A stretch of 64,000 bases of DNA. Source: Paraspadella gotoi. Lineage: Eukaryota; Animalia; Chaetognatha. Below, one piece after another: positions 27,221-41,357 of this stretch. The DNA is taken from the NCBI GenBank assembly GCA_051294375.1, contig CM119263.1, positions 18,376,628-18,440,627 on the forward strand, written 5' to 3'. A program made the position numbers and the translations under genes. Each line of letters starts with the position of its first letter. Positions within the stretch are counted from its first letter, which is position 1. The notes beneath the pieces were generated by a model. The model ran no database searches and was not told the origin of the DNA. It was given only the letters and a program-made list of their open reading frames with translations.

Positions 27221-27245
27221 GTCGTCGTCGTCGTGGCGATCGTGT

Positions 27246-27317
<72 letters not shown>
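27221..27317. repeat. (TCG)n microsatellite
   Basis: Near-pure trinucleotide run. Others at about 19670-19770, 23214-23247, 38725-38790 and 63190-63260. Confidence 0.95.
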
Positions 27318-27318
<1 letters not shown>

Positions 27319-27848
27319 TCTCCCTCCCTTTTTTCCCCGTCTCACTGTTTTCGTTAACGTTCATTCCAATGCGAGTTGTGAGCGTTTTTCGTCCAAAGGA
27401 TTAAATACGTTCTATTTCTGTGTAACTATTAAAAGGTAAATTTTTTTCATTTACTTAATACTTCTTTTTATTTGAGTTACTATATTGCAGGAATAAATAA
27501 TGTATGTACTTATGGAAATTCCTTCCTTTAATACTTATTCTCTCGCTCTTCGTATAAATCAGCAAAACTCTCGCTTTAATTTCTTTCTCTTATTCGAGTT
27601 TCCTCTTCCCTCGACCCGAATGCACTGAAGGGTCGCATCCGGCCCCGGCGCATCGCCCCGTGATTCCGCCCTCTTCCATCGATTTTGTCCCAGATTCTGT
27701 CCCAGATTCTGCTTCGGCGTAAATGCCACTGGCTCACTGGTTCACTGCCAGTCGCCGCTTGTTATGGAACCGATAAAGTTTCTCTATTTCTCTTCTTTCC
27801 TCTGTCGCATAGCAGGGTGAAATTAGTATAAAGTTTTATCATTATTAA

Positions 27849-27928
<80 letters not shown>

Positions 27929-29277
27929 ATGTTCTGCTGCCCATAACCTTTTCCCTGATTAGAAACAGACCCAGTACGTCAGAATCACAACTTTTATTTT
28001 CTTTTTTTAAAACTAACCTTTCGGCCTCTGTTCTTGCTAGCCACGAAGACATTAAAATGTTAACGATAATCATAATGGTAAAAAATAACTCTTGAATTAA
28101 CCTTCTAAATACGGACATTGTCTTGTTTTGAAATAAGGTTAGCCATATCTCGCGTAGTAGGTATCATCGCTCTTTTCCTCTCAGTTTTCCCGTCTTCTTC
28201 TGTTTGAATATTTTATGGTTCAACTTTTCGCGCCGCTTTTCAATTCGGCACCGCGGCGGCGCCCGCCGCTTTTCAATTCCTCGTTGAAGCGGCGCGCGAA
28301 GAAGCGCCGAGTCCCGTAAACAAGCGAGTTTCATTCGTGCCGCTCTTCGCTTTTATCTCTTTCCTCTTTTCGTCGCTTCCTCGTCAAGTTTATTGCCACG
28401 CCCACGATGGCGTCCGTTTTGCCAGGCGTTTTATTGTTCGTATTCCGTTTTAGTCTTTTTAAAGATGATTGTAGGTTTCTATATCTATCTGCTATCTACC
28501 TAATTTTCACGGAAACTTTTTCTCGTAATGGTTTCAACAAATTCCAAATGAGTTAAATCCCCAGTATTTCTTTCAAAATGAAATAAAATTTCTTAAAGAG
28601 GTAAATTTATCAATCTTTTCTTTATTAAGACTCATACTTTTATCATATCTTAATTTCTTTGTAAAATACAAAATTCTTTTTACCAACTCTCTGTGGAATT
28701 TTCTTCTTCTAAAACGTAATTCTTCAACTTTCTCAAGTTTTTAAGATTTCATTTTGTACGGAAGAAATATAAAATTACGACTTTTCAAGAGTTTTCATTT
28801 TTACTCGTTTCCTTTTTTTTTAATATCTCTTCAAATTGTTTTGCCACTTTGCCAAGCTTCACGAGAGATTCTCGATACGCAAGTCGGTGCCAAAACGTGG
28901 ACAGCGAAAACATTAAATCACTCATTGGGTACAGTAGTTTAGGAACTTGGCTCAGAATATTTAATCATATTATAATTTTTAAAAAAATAAGAGACGGATT
29001 TTTTAACGAGCCATCCTTAATTTTTTTTTTCTATTTCATCTGATGGAAATTGAAAATTAATAATAGACAAGAGAAAAGAGAAGAACGCGAGAGAGAGAGT
29101 GTTAACTACCCCTCCTCTTTCCACTCGCGGTCACATGAGATTAAGAAAAATGCTGCTTCTGCAAATAAAAAAAAAGAGAAAAAACAATCATTCGATTCCC
29201 TTTTGTTTAATTTTTGCTCCGAATCGCATTTGTCGCTCGCCAGGAGATGTCGTCTCCGATGTCATTTGCATGTCAAC

Positions 29278-29358
<81 letters not shown>

Positions 29359-29620
29359 GCTTTTAACAAATATTTTGTCAATTTACACCTAAAAAGTTTT
29401 ATAACTGTAATATAGTTCCCTTTAACTATTATTATCTAATGTTTTGCTTTTGGTCGCACGAATTATAATTGATTCTGGGGCAGATTTCCACTGAACGACC
29501 AAGTTTTCGTGCTCAGACCAAAAATCCTTTTATCATAATCTCTTTCTTTTCTTTTTTTCCAAATGTCTCTCTACGAAAATTCTTATTTTCGCCACTCTAT
29601 TTTTTGGGTTTTTTTGTTTT

Positions 29621-29653
<33 letters not shown>

Positions 29654-31149
29654 TTTCTTTCTTTCTTCTTTGGCTTCTTTCCTCCTCCTTCCTTCCTCCT
29701 CTTCCTTCCTTCCTTCCTTCTTCCTTCCTTCTTCCTTCCTTCCTTCCTTCCTTCCTTCCTTCCTCCTTCCTTTCTTGCCTCCTTCCTTCCTTCCTGCCTT
29801 GCTTTCTTTTTTCTTTCCATCACTTTAGCTTGGTTTCTCTCTTTTCCTCCATCAGAAACGGTCGACCCAATCATAGAAGATTCTCTGGCCCGAATCTCAA
29901 AATGGATCGTCTGTCATTCTCCGTTATTGAGAGACAAGTCCGTCGTTATTGATGGACAAATTTCTTTCCCTCCCCCCCCCCATCGTTCTGAGAATCTCAA
30001 ATCGTTTTTGCCCAAATTTTTTTTTTTTGGGACAAAAAAAGGAAAAAAGTTGTAAATCATCGGTGCGAAATATTATGACGCCGACAGACGCGAACCCTTT
30101 CGCCTTTCTTGTTGGATATTGGAATATCGGGTCGGAATATTTATTAAAATGAAAACATGTTTTCGATTCTCAGAAAGGATTTTTTAAATTTTTTTTTTTT
30201 GTTTTTTTTTAACATTTTTCTCTTTTTTTTCCTTTGTTGGTATTTTTTCTCTCTTTCTTGGTTTTCTTTCTTTCAAACCTTCTTTCCAACCTTTCCAACC
30301 GTTTTTTTAATCTTTATCTTTATTCGTTAAGATTTTTTTTTTTTTACATTTTTCCCTCTTTCTTTTCTATTTCGCTCATCTTTTGTCTTCTCAATTCTCC
30401 CATCTCTCCTTTTTATCTCCGCGATTCTCTCCTTTTCTTTTTTCCTTTTTCCCAATGCATGCGTTATCGATGTTTAATATTCATGCGACCTCCTCTTTCT
30501 TATCATGAAACCTTTTCTATTCACGTTTTCTTTTCGTGTTTTCGCTTTATCAATTTGTAATCTATCGATAAATTAATAATGGTTTTCATGTGACGTCCCT
30601 GGATACTTTCGTCGGAGTTGGATTATTCAAATATTTAACGAACACGAACATCTTTAACGAGGCTCCTTGCCTGACTTCCATTTTCCTCCAAGAATCTCTC
30701 TTTTTCTCCCGATTCCCGATTCCATTTCTCATTCTTAATCCAGTCATCTTCTCATCATCGTTATTGTCATAACCGGTTTACAATAGAACGACGTTGGCCA
30801 CCGATTTTCCGAGACGGCGGGAAAAAACAATCGCCACGAATGCAAACAATAATTGCCACAAAAGTTAATTATGGCATTGCAAGTGGATAGATATCTGGAA
30901 AACTTCTTCAAGCTAAGCTTAATTAAGAAAATGTGTTTCTGTGCATTAGAATTTTCTTTGCAATTCGAAAAAATAAAATTGGGTAGTCGCTACAAATGTA
31001 CATATTAGCACCGACCGAATATCCTCACCTCAAGAAGAGATCTGTTTTGCATAATGAGTCTACGTACGTCTCAATTCGCTCGCCCTCTCTCGGACTCTGC
31101 TCCTCCTCCTCCTCCTCCTCCTCCTCCTCCTCCTCCTCCTCCTATCCCA

Positions 31150-31290
31150 CGGTTGTTCCTCGTCTACTTTGACCTTTTTCGACCTCCTGAACTTTCTTTT
31201 TCTCCTGACCTTTTTTGTCCTCTTCACCGGTCTTGTCCCTCTGACCCTTCTTGTCCTTATGACCTTTCCTGTCCTCTGGACTATTTTGTC
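31150..31290. repeat. About 18-bp degenerate minisatellite (TGACC...TTGTCCTC)
   Basis: Six to seven diverged units next to a (CCT)n tract; also present in copies B (about 35130-35260) and C (about 42990-43110). Confidence 0.6.
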
Positions 31291-32183
31291 TTTTAACCAC
31301 AACTTTTTTTCCCCAATCACTTTTCTTTTATTTGTTATTTTTCTGCTTTCGTTTAGTCTTTTCAACCTCTAATCTCATCCTAGTCTTTAATATCTTCCGT
31401 TTCGTCTATATTCTTCTCTTCTTTCCATCTCGGAGCTCGCGGTCCTCGCCCAAATGGCCATTGTCTCTCAACTCGTAAAATCCCGCCCTTCCTCGCCCAC
31501 GCCAGAATTCCCATTTCATAGTCTTTCCCCTCCCCCCGGTCACCTCTTCATTGTTCCAGTCTCGGTGGGCGGAACCCGAGTAGGAATCAAAGTCTATTCG
31601 TTGTCCCTTCATTTGCTTCGAATCTGCATCGCGGCGTCATTTTCTTCGGCGGCGTGTCTCTCTCTCTTTCTCTTTCTCTCTCCTATTAAATCGAATTTCC
31701 ACTACTAAAGCTATTAAAAACTGTCTAATATTAATGCCGTGAGTTTCACCGAATGTAGTTTATTGTAGGAATGTAGTGTAGGAAAGTACGAACGAAGCGA
31801 AGTGTTTCACTATTTTGGGCAGTTAGGATTTTTACGTTTTCCTCAAAATAATCGTTTCAAAACTCGTAACGTCGAATCGTCTTACGCGCCTCAAAAACGG
31901 TAGTGAAGATTTCAGTAACTAGGCAACTCAAATAAAACCAAATATCAACGACGCCGTAAGCAGCGCTAGTACGACTATGCAGTGCAATACAGCTATTCAT
32001 AAACGTACGACTATTCTTTTACACTCCCCCCGGTCGAACCTTCGACCTAAAAAATAAACTACTGATAGTCGTACGATGAACAAATCACGTCTTCGCCATG
32101 GCAATTTGATGAGGTAGTTGATTCTTTTTCGACGTACTGCCCCTTTCCCCAAGTTCATTTCCCAGAAATCCCAAATCGGCCCG

Positions 32184-32320
32184 GCTTTCGTCGTCTCCAT
32201 GGCAACGAGCTCCCCCCGTTAACGTTCCCATTTTTCCCCCCGCGAGTGAACGTTCTGCTTTCGTCGTCTCCATGGCAACGAGCTCCCCCCGTTGACGTTG
32301 TCCATTCTCCCGCGAGTGAC
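32184..32320. repeat. 73-bp tandem duplication carrying X-boxes
   Basis: GCTTTCGTCGTCTCCATGGCAACGAGCTCCCCCCGTT.ACGTT at 32184 and 32257. Confidence 0.85.
32193..32279. promoter_or_regulatory. Two canonical RFX X-boxes (GTCTCCATGGCAAC)
   Basis: 32193-32206 and 32266-32279 fit GTYNCY-AT-RGNAAC exactly; degenerate versions at 32092-32105 and 32343-32356. Confidence 0.55.
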
Positions 32321-32753
32321 ATCTTTGGTTGACACACCTTGACGACCCATTGCAACGCCCTTGATGATGGACTGGAACGTCTTGATCGACTCTCTGATGT
32401 AGTTTACAGCATCTCGATCGACTCTATGGCGATGATCGCAACAATCTTTGGCGGTCTCGTTCGTTCTCTTTCCAAGCACGGCGCCTGGCGTCGTCCCTGA
32501 CGACGCGCTAGGATGACGCCGCGATTGCTGCTTTGCTCGATGACGTTCTGCTCTGCTGATGACGTTCTGCTCTGCTTGACGCTTTGCTTTGCTTGACGCT
32601 TTGCCGTACCGTCTTTCGTTTTGTCTTTTATCTTGTCTGGAACACGTTTTGGGTGCATGATGTGCGGGCATGTGTGTGCGTGATTGAGACCGGACTACTG
32701 TTTGACTCACTCTGGAACTTTCTCCCCTTTCTTGGCCTCAAGAAACCGGGTTT

Positions 32754-32778
32754 NNNNNNNNNNNNNNNNNNNNNNNNN
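32754..32778. other. Assembly gap (25 N)
   Basis: Run of 25 N; the sequence restarts at the equivalent of position 28855. Confidence 0.99.
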
Positions 32779-33219
32779 AAGCCTTCCACGAGAGATTTCT
32801 CGATACGCAAGTCGGTGCCAAAACGTGGACAGCGAAAACATTAAATCACTCATTGGGTACAGTAGTTTAGGAACTTGGCTCAGAATATTTAATCATTATT
32901 ATAATTTTTAAAAAAATAAAGAGACGGATTTTTTAACGAGCCATCCTTAATTTTTTTTTTCTATTTCATCTGATGGAAATTGAAAATTAATAATAGACAA
33001 GAGAAAAGAGAAGAACGCGAGAGAGAGAGTGTTAACTACCCCTCCTCTTCCACTCGCGGTCACATGAGATTAAGAAAATGCTGCTTCTGCAAATAAAAAA
33101 AAAGAGAAAAAACAATCATTCGATTCCCTTTTGTTTAATTTTTGCTCCGAATCGCATTTGTCGCTCGCCAGGAGATGTCGTCTCCGATGTCAATATTGCA
33201 TGTCAACCGTGTCTCTCTC

Positions 33220-33303
<84 letters not shown>

Positions 33304-33566
33304 TTCCGCTTTTAACAAATATTTTGTCAATTTACACCATAAAAAGTTTTATAACTGTAATAAGTTCCCATTTAACTATTATTATCTAATGTTTTGCTTT
33401 TGGTCGCACGAATTATAATTGATTCTGGGGCAGATTTCCACTGAACGACCAAGTTTTCGTGCTCAGACCAAAAATCCTTTTATCATAATCTCTTTCTCTT
33501 TTTTCCAAATGTCTCTCTACGAAAATTCTTATTTTCGCCACTCTATTTTTTTGGGTTTTTGTTTTT

Positions 33567-33603
<37 letters not shown>

Positions 33604-35635
33604 TTTCTTTCTTTCTTCTTCTTTCTTTCTTTTTTCTTCTTTTGGCTCTTTCTTTCTGTCTTCTTCCTTCCTCTTCCTTCCTCCTTCCTTCTTCCTTCCT
33701 TCCCTTCCTTCCTTCCTTCCCTCCTTCCTTCCTTCCTTTCCCTTCTTCCTTCCTTCCTGCCTTGCTTCTCTTTTTCTTTCCATCACTTAGCTTGGTTCTC
33801 TCTTTTCTCCAATCAGAAACGGTCGACCCAATCATAGAAGATTCTCTGGCCCGAATCTCAAAATGGATCGTCTGTCATTCTCCGTTATGAGAGACAAGTC
33901 CGTCGTTATTGATGGACAAATTTCTTTCCCTCCCCCCCCCTCGTTCTGAGAATCTCAAATCGTTTTTGCCCAAATTTTTTTTTTGGGACAAAAAAAGGAA
34001 AAAAGTTGTAAATCATCGGTGCGAAATATTATGACGCCGACAGACGCGAACCCTTTCGCCTTCTTGTTGGATATTGGAAATATCGGGTCGAATATTTATT
34101 AAAATGAAAACATGTTTTCGATTCTCAGAAAAGGATTTTTTAAATTTTTTTTGTTTTTTTTTACATTTTTCTCTTTTTTTTCCTTTGTTGGTATATTTTT
34201 CTCTCTTTCTTGGTTTTCTTTCTTTCCAAACCTTCTTTCCAACCTTTCCAACCGTTTTTTTAATCTTATCTTTATTCGTTAAGATTTTTTTTTTTTACAT
34301 TTTTCCCTCTTCTTTTTCTATTTCGCTCATCTTTTGTCTTCTCAATTCTCCCATCTCTCCTTTTTATCTCCGCGATTCTCTCCTTTTCTTTTTTCCTTTT
34401 TCCCAATGCATGCGTTATCGATGTTTAAATATTCATGCGACCTCCTCTTTCTTATCATGAAACCTTTTCTATTCACGTTTTCTTTTCGTGTTTTCGCTTT
34501 ATCAATTTGTAATCTATCGATAAATATAATGAATGGTTTTCATGTGACGTCCCTGGAATACTTCGTCGGATGGATTATTCAAATATTAACGAACACGAAC
34601 ATCTTTAACGAGGCTCCTTGCCTGACTTCCATTTTCCTCAAGAATCCTCTTTCTATCTCCCGATTCCCGATTCCATTTCTCATTCTTAATCCAGTCATCT
34701 TCTCATCATCGTTATTGTCATAAACCGGTTTACAATACGAACGACGTTGGCCACCGATTTTCCGAGACGGCGGGAAAAAAACAATCGCCACGAATGCAAA
34801 CAATAATTGCCACAAAATTAATTATGGCATTGCAAGTGGATAGATATCTGGAAAACTTCTTCAAGCTCAAGCTTAATTAAGCAAAATGTGATTATACTGT
34901 GCATTAAGAATTTCGTGCCTTTGCAATTCGAAAAAATAAAATTGGGTAGTCGCTACAAATGTACATATTAGCACCGACCGAATATCCTCACCTCAAGAAG
35001 AGATCTGTTTTGCATAATGAGTCTACGTACGTCTCAATTCGCTCGCCCTCTCTCGGACTCTGCTCCTCCTCCTCCTCCTCCTCCTCCTCCCTCCTGCTCC
35101 TCCTCCTCCTATCCACCGGTGTCCTCGTCTACTTTGACCTTTTTCGACCTCCTGAACTTTCTTTTTCTCCTGACCATTTTTTGTCCTCTTCACCGGTCTT
35201 GTCCCTCTGACACCTTCTTGTCCTTATGACCTTTTCCTGTCCTCTGGACTATTTTGTCTTTTAACCACAACTTTTTTTCCAATCACTTTTCTTTCTTATT
35301 TGTTATTTTTCTGCTTTCGTTTAGTCTTTTCAACCTCTAATCTCATTCCTAGTCTTTAATATCTTCCGTTTCTGTAATCCTCTTCTTTCCATCTCGGAGC
35401 TCGCGGTCCTCGCCCAAATGGCCATTGTCTCTCAACTCGTAAAATCCGCCCTTCCTCGCCCCACGCCAGAATTCCATTCATAGTCTTTCCCCTCCCCCCG
35501 GTCACCTCTTCATTGTTCCAGCTCGTGTGGCGGAACCCGAGTAGGAATCAAAGTCTATTCGTTGTCCCTTCATTTGCTTCGAATCTGCCACGGCGCTCAT
35601 TTTCTCCCGGCCGCCGCCATGTACGTCAATCTCTT

Positions 35636-35728
<93 letters not shown>

Positions 35729-37370
35729 CGTTAGGATACGGTCAACAGCCGAAAAAATCCTACTTGTAGATTTATTATACGAAAAACCGACTCAACGATA
35801 GATTTTTAGGGTTGCAATGTTCTCCCAAAAAATATGCTTATTTTTGACCAAGCCGCGTCCTCTAGTAAAAAATACTTGAGATAATGGCCCAAACTATTTT
35901 CCTTCGTTTTATGTTTTTTTATTTGTTTCTTGAAGTTTTTTTTCCTCTTTTTTATACTTTATTTTATGGTGTTTCAGTTTTTAGTTTCTCTTCAAATTTT
36001 ATGATCTCCATGTTTACTTTTTTATGGCCACGAATTTCTATATTTACTTTTCTTTTTATCGTCTGGTCTTTTTTCTTCAGTTCTATTTTTTTAAAAAGTA
36101 AAATGCTTACTTTTCTTTCTAAATTTTTTTAATATTATTTGATATCAAATTTTACAGTATCCTTTAATTCGCCTCTTTTTGTCTTTTTCTTTCGTTTGTT
36201 TTATCTCGTTCTTCCCATCTTTGTTCGGTCACCCGTTTTACCTTCTTTCATACTGTTTTTTATATTATTATTATACAATATACATCCCTATCCTAATCCT
36301 AAATCTGTAGTGTCTCCGCATTCGTTTTAAAACTCAAGTAAGTACTTAAGTATCAACAGTGATGAATGTAGAGGAAAATATATGTGACGACAAAAAAAAG
36401 GAACGAGAACAAAGATTGAAATTGGTACAAAGAATAAAAAGAATAAAAAGAATAAAAAAAAAAAGAATTTAAAAAACTTACGGAAAACTGGAACTGGATA
36501 GCAGAGAAACCATATGAGCGAGAGAACAATAAAAGAATAAAATCTAAAAAGAGAAGAATAAAAAAAAAGTAAAAGTAGTAAAAATCTAAATATTTCGACT
36601 GATTTTAAAAAAACCCAAAAATATCCACTACAACAACAACAACAACAATCAGAACCACAACAACCAACTCCACCAACTAAAAATCGCTTTACGACGAAAA
36701 TAACGTCGAATCCCGACAACAAAGAACAAAAATGGAGGGAAACAAAATAGCACCGGCTTGACAAACACCGCCGCCCGAATCCAGGGACCAAAAACTGGTT
36801 TTATTTCCCGCACCCACCAGGTTTTCAAAACCCACAATCCCACTCCCTTACTGCCTCGCAAAAAAAAATCGATAAAAGGAGATGACAAAAGAGGAGGAGC
36901 CAAAAGGTTTCGGGCAAAACACGAAAACCCATGATTAGGACCGCGACGTTCGAACGAAGAAACGCCGATAAAAACGAATGAAAAAAGAAAACGAAATATT
37001 TTCGACAAAACTCGATATTCACCTCATTCGACGCTTCGACTTTTGTCGTCGGTACAACACACACAAAAAAGGAACAAAAAAAAAAGGGATTTATTGTTTT
37101 TCTTGCCATCAGCGACTTCCCTTTCGCCAAAGAAGGAAGGACACGACATTGCGCTTATATTTCTTTCTGTCTCTCGACTTTTTTTTCTTCCTACTCTGCT
37201 TTGTGCTGTGGTTTTGTTTTTCTCGAGCCGGGTTGCGCAGAGTTGTTTTCGTTGTTGTTGTTTTTTTATTTTGCTTTGTTAGTTTTCAGTTGATTTTTAG
37301 TGTTTCAAAGCGTTGGACCATAAATCTGATTAATGTGACTTGGAGTTGCTGTGTTCCGACGTTGCGGGTT

Positions 37371-37426
<56 letters not shown>

Positions 37427-37581
37427 ACATCTATACATCTATACATCTATACATCTATACATCTATATATCTAGCTATCTTCATACGTATATGTATATAC
37501 TTATATAGCTATAAGCGTATAATATGAAAAAATGTCGACGTGCCAGTCGTGTCATACAGTAAATCTCGTGAATCTTTCACC
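32779..37581 (+). repeat. Duplicated block, copy B (bounded by gaps)
   Basis: Matches 28855-31660 and, over its whole length, about 40461-45823. Confidence 0.95.
37372..37470. repeat. (ATCT)n grading into (ATACATCT)n
   Basis: Directly visible; garbled counterpart at about 45585-45700. Confidence 0.9.
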
Positions 37582-37606
37582 NNNNNNNNNNNNNNNNNNN
37601 NNNNNN
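37582..37606. other. Assembly gap (25 N)
   Basis: Run of 25 N; the sequence restarts at the equivalent of position 26012. Confidence 0.99.
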
Positions 37607-38037
37607 TGGATGTCTCCCCCTCGCCCCTTCCACTCAGTACCGTTTCCGCTTTAGCCGAGATTCGCCGTAAATCGAGTTTGTTTTATCGTCTTTTTACTGT
37701 ATTTTTCCTCGCGCGGTCCACCCGCTTTGGGAAGATACAGTTGCGACGACGACGACGACGACCCGACAACGAAAGAGAACTTTTATTTGTTTACATCGGC
37801 GCAGGCCACTCGTAAACAACCCCACAACCTTTATCACCGCCCCCGCTCCCTCCGCTTTCCGGTTTCGCAATCGAACTAACATTTCCGTCATCGCAAGCGT
37901 CATTTACAAACGCACAAACGCACAAACACAACCGTCACAACGCGTCAAAAACCCGATTCCACCGCAAGCATCACCACAACCTCACTACGAAAATCGCCCA
38001 GCGGCGTTTTTGAGCCAAAATTCAATATTACATTTCT

Positions 38038-38085
<48 letters not shown>

Positions 38086-38733
38086 ACTCTCTTCTCTCTC
38101 TCTCTCTCCGCCAATCATTACAAAACGAAAGCGACGCCTATCGTCGTTTTTTTTTTTTTTCGGGTTTAACGAATTTTTTGGCTCCCGGCTTAAAACCAAA
38201 AATCATTTCTATTTCCGGAAAATTCAATTTTTTCCTTCTTTTTGGTTATTTGTCATTTTATCTTTCAACACTATGTATTATTGCCTCGAGAGATTTTCAA
38301 TCTGAGCTTTTTTAATTTTTAATTATTTTTCACTTCACACCTTTTTACTATGATCGGAGAGCAGACCAAATTCTAGAGGGAAAAGAACCAGGTCTGCAAG
38401 CAAGAACTTCCCTTGAGTGTAGGCAACGTTGATGTCAACAATGCCGACGATCGCAAATGGGCCATGGAACCACATGGATCCAAAACTCCGAGCTGAACCT
38501 AGCCAGTGAATTCCTCAGCTCATGAATTTTATCCTTGTCTTTTTTTTGGGACAGATATTTTCAAATAACGTTTCGTTTTAAAGATTTTAACCATTAGAAT
38601 TATTATCGCAGAGAACTAACGCTACGGAATCTACGCTAAAGCAAAATGTTCGCAGAAGGAGAGACGTGAAAAAAGTAACAAGGAACCAAGTTCACGTCTC
38701 CAGCCTTTTAACCCCATTTTCTCTCGTCGTTCG

Positions 38734-38775
<42 letters not shown>

Positions 38776-39322
38776 GTCGTCGGTCGTTCGTTTCTCCCTC
38801 CTTTTTCCCCGTCTCACTGTTTTCGTTAACGTTCATTCCAATGCGAGTTGTGAGCGTTTTCGTCCAAGGATTAAATACGTTCTATTTCTGTGTAACTATT
38901 AAAAGGTAATTTTTTTCATTTTACTTAATACTTTCTTTTTATTTTGAGTTACTATATTGCAGGAATAAATAATGTATGTACTTATGGAAAATTCCTTCCT
39001 TTAATACTTATTCTCTCGGCTCTCGTATAAATCAGCAAAACTCTCGCTTTAATTTCTATCTCTTATTCGAGTTTCCTCTTCCCTCGACCCGAATGCACTG
39101 AAGGTCGCATCCGGCCTCGCGCATCGCCCCGTGATTTCCGCCTCTTCCATCGATTTTGTCCCAGATTCTGTCCAGATTCTGCTTCGGCGTAAATGCCACT
39201 GGCTCACTGGTTCACTGCCAGTCGCCGTTGTTATGGACCGATAAAGTTTCTCTATTTCTCTTCTTTCCTCTGTCGCATAGCAGGGTGAAATTAGTAAAAG
39301 TTTTAATCATTATTTAACTCTT

Positions 39323-39410
<88 letters not shown>

Positions 39411-39462
39411 CCTTTCCACTGTCGCATAGCTGGGTGGAATAGTTAAAGTTTTATCATTATTT

Positions 39463-39541
<79 letters not shown>

Positions 39542-41326
39542 ATGTTCTGCTGCCCATAACCCTTTTCCTGATTAGAACAGACCAGTACGTCAGAATCACA
39601 CTTTATTTTCTTTTTTAAAACTAACCTTTCGGCCCTCTGATTCTTGCTAGCCCGAAGACATTAAAATGTTAACGATAATCATAATGGTAAAAAATAACTC
39701 TTGAATTAAACCTTCTAAATACGGACATTTCTTGTTTTTGAAATAAGGTTAGCCATATCTCGCGTAGTAGGTATCATCGCTCTTTTCCTCTCAGTTTTCC
39801 CGTCTATCTTCTGTTTGAATATTTTTATGGTTAACTTTTCGCGCCGCTTTTCAATTCGGCACCGCGGGCGGCGCCCGCCGCTTTTCAATTCCTCGATTGA
39901 GCGGCGCGCGAAGAAGCGCCGAGTCCGTAAAACAAGCGAGTTTCATTCGTGCCGCTCTCGCTTTTATCTCTTTCCTCTTTTCGTCGCTTCCTCGTCAAGT
40001 TTATTGCCACGCCACGATGGCGTCGTTTGCCAGGCGTTTTATTGTTCGCATTCCGTTTTAGTCTTTTAAAGATGATTGTAGGTTTCTATATCTATCTGCT
40101 ATCTACCTAATTTTCACGGGAAACTTTTTCTCGTAATGGTTTCAACAAATTCCAAATGAGTTAAATCCATATTTTCTTCAAAATGAAATAAAATTCTTAA
40201 AGAGGTAAATTTATCAATCTTTTCTTTATTAAGACTCATACTTTTTTATCATATCTTAATTTCTTTGTAAAATACAAAATTTTTTTTACCAACTCTCATG
40301 TGAATTTTTCTTTCTTCTAAAACGTAATTCTTCACTTTCTCAAGTTTTAAGATTTCATTTTGTACGGAAGAAATATAAAATTACGACTTTTCAAGAGTTT
40401 CATTTTTGTACTCGTTTCCTTTTTTTTTAATATCTCTTCAAATTGTTTTGCCACTTTGCCAAGCTTTCACGAGAGATTTCGATACGCAACGTCGCGTCCA
40501 AAACGTGGACAGCGAAAAACATTTAAATCACTCATTGGGTACCAGTAGTTTAGTGAACTCTGCGCCTTCAGAATATTTAATCATTATCCTACTAATTTTT
40601 AAAAAAATAAAAGCAACGGATTCTTTTACGAGCCATCCTTAAATTTTTTTTTCTATTTCACTGCTGATTGCGAAATTGAAAATTAATAATAGACACAGAC
40701 GAAAAGGCAAAGAACGCGAGAGAGATAGTACGTTAACTACCCCTCCTCTTTCCACTCGCGTCACATGAGCATTAAGAAAATGCTGCTTCTGCAAATAAAA
40801 AAAAAGAAGAAAAAAACAAATCATTCGATTCCCTTTTGTTTAATTTTTGCTCCGAATCGCACTTTTGTCGCTCGCCAGGAGATGTCGTCCTCCGATGTCA
40901 TACTATGCCATGTCAACGCTGTGTCTCTCTCCTCTACCCTCTCTCTCTCTCTCTCTAGTCTTCTCTCTCTCTCTCTCTCTCTTCTCTCTCCTCTCTCTCC
41001 TCTCTCTCTCTCTCTCTTTCCGCTTTTAACAAATATTTTGTCCAATTTAACACCATAAAAAGTTTTATAACTGTTAAAATAAGATTTAACTAATTACTTA
41101 TCTAATGTTTTCGCTTTTGGTCGCCACGAATTTATAATTGAATTCTTCGGGCAGATTCCACTGGAACGACCAAGTTTTCGTGCTCAGACAAAAAATCCTT
41201 TATCATAATCTCTTTCTTTTCTTTTTTCCAAATGGTCTTCTACGAAAATTTTTCTTATTTCGCCACTCTATTCTTTTTGGGTTTTTGTTTTTTTCTTTCT
41301 TATCTCTTCTTTCTTTCTTTCTTTCT

Positions 41327-41357
<31 letters not shown>

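Larger units (their letters stand above)
26012..31660 (+). repeat. Duplicated block, copy A (cleanest)
   Basis: Matches 37607 to about 43500 throughout. Its part 28855-31660 also matches 32779 to about 35600. Confidence 0.95.
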
